The position numbers and the translations under genes are program-made. DNA of 63,981 nt, filler included, from Phoronis australis (lineage: Eukaryota > Animalia > Phoronida): assembly GCA_002633005.1 (NCBI GenBank). It is 9 parts of 9 records of this genome, joined end to end, with 100 filler letters (N's around TTAATTAATTAA, not from the genome) between each part and the next. Parts side by side here need not be neighbours in the genome. Positions count along the whole stretch, not along the records: positions 62,719 to 63,981 come from NMRA01002834.1; 8 more parts are not named here. One strand, written 5' to 3'. This document shows positions 63,601 to 63,981 of this stretch, one piece after another. Numbering within the stretch: the first letter of the stretch is position 1; each line of letters opens with the position of its first letter. The notes beneath the pieces are model-generated. The model did not search any database. It saw only the letters and a program-made list of their open reading frames with translations, and was not told the DNA's origin.

Positions 63601-63907
63601 AAGTTGATATGGTGTAGCTTTTTACATGACTTATCAGGTACTATAAAATTGTCATTCAGTTTATTCACACTCAACACCAGCAAGAAACTGTCGTGTCAAA
63701 ACATATATGATCCATATTTGGTGCATTTCCATGCACTTATCGAAGTGACAACACGATCTCACACGCCTCCTTCATTCACTTTCATGAAATTTAATAACTG
63801 TTTTCAACAAATAGCTGATTCTTTAATACGATGAATGTTTTCAGTCATCCAGTTGTGCAATATAAGAAACAATAAATAAATCTACTACTGGACTTACGTA
63901 TGTATAG

Positions 63908-63950
63908 ATGGCTACGTTGCGTCCTCCTCTCGAGGACTTCATCAGGCCAC
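63908..63950 (-). ncRNA. Minimal type I hammerhead ribozyme-like motif (Penelope-like element type) with GCAA in place of GAAA
   Basis: Minus strand: GTGGC-CTGATGA-A-GTCCTC-GAGAG-GAGGAC-GCA-ACGT-A-GCCAT. Stem I TGGC/GCCA, 6-bp stem II, palindromic ACGT stem III. Confidence 0.7.
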
Positions 63951-63981
63951 TGAGTTGTCACGTGACTTGTCATGTGATCCG

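Overview
This is eukaryotic (metazoan invertebrate, inferred) draft-assembly DNA: AT-rich, repeat-dense and gene-poor. It has eight artificial 100-nt gap spacers (N44-TTAATTAATTAA-N44) and one plain N gap. Two host genes are supported: a single internal exon of a type-B carboxylesterase (568-719, +) and a complete two-exon Ptf1a-type bHLH gene (34635-34185 joined to 32620-32376, -, about 231 aa, with HSLSW and WxP RBPJ-binding motifs but a divergent bHLH). Most other recognisable sequence is transposon-derived. This includes a decayed HERO-like RLE non-LTR retrotransposon whose domains are circularly permuted (1571-4733), an RTEX-like LINE 3' fragment, and many non-autonomous TIR elements with 5-bp target-site duplications (hAT5-like), one of them 2.7 kb with protein-like cargo. 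There are also two Penelope-type minimal hammerhead remnants sharing a GCAA core variant, plus mini- and microsatellites. Most short ORFs in the track are spurious. No prokaryotic-type system (CRISPR, operon) is present. All family assignments come from motif recognition by eye, not database searches.
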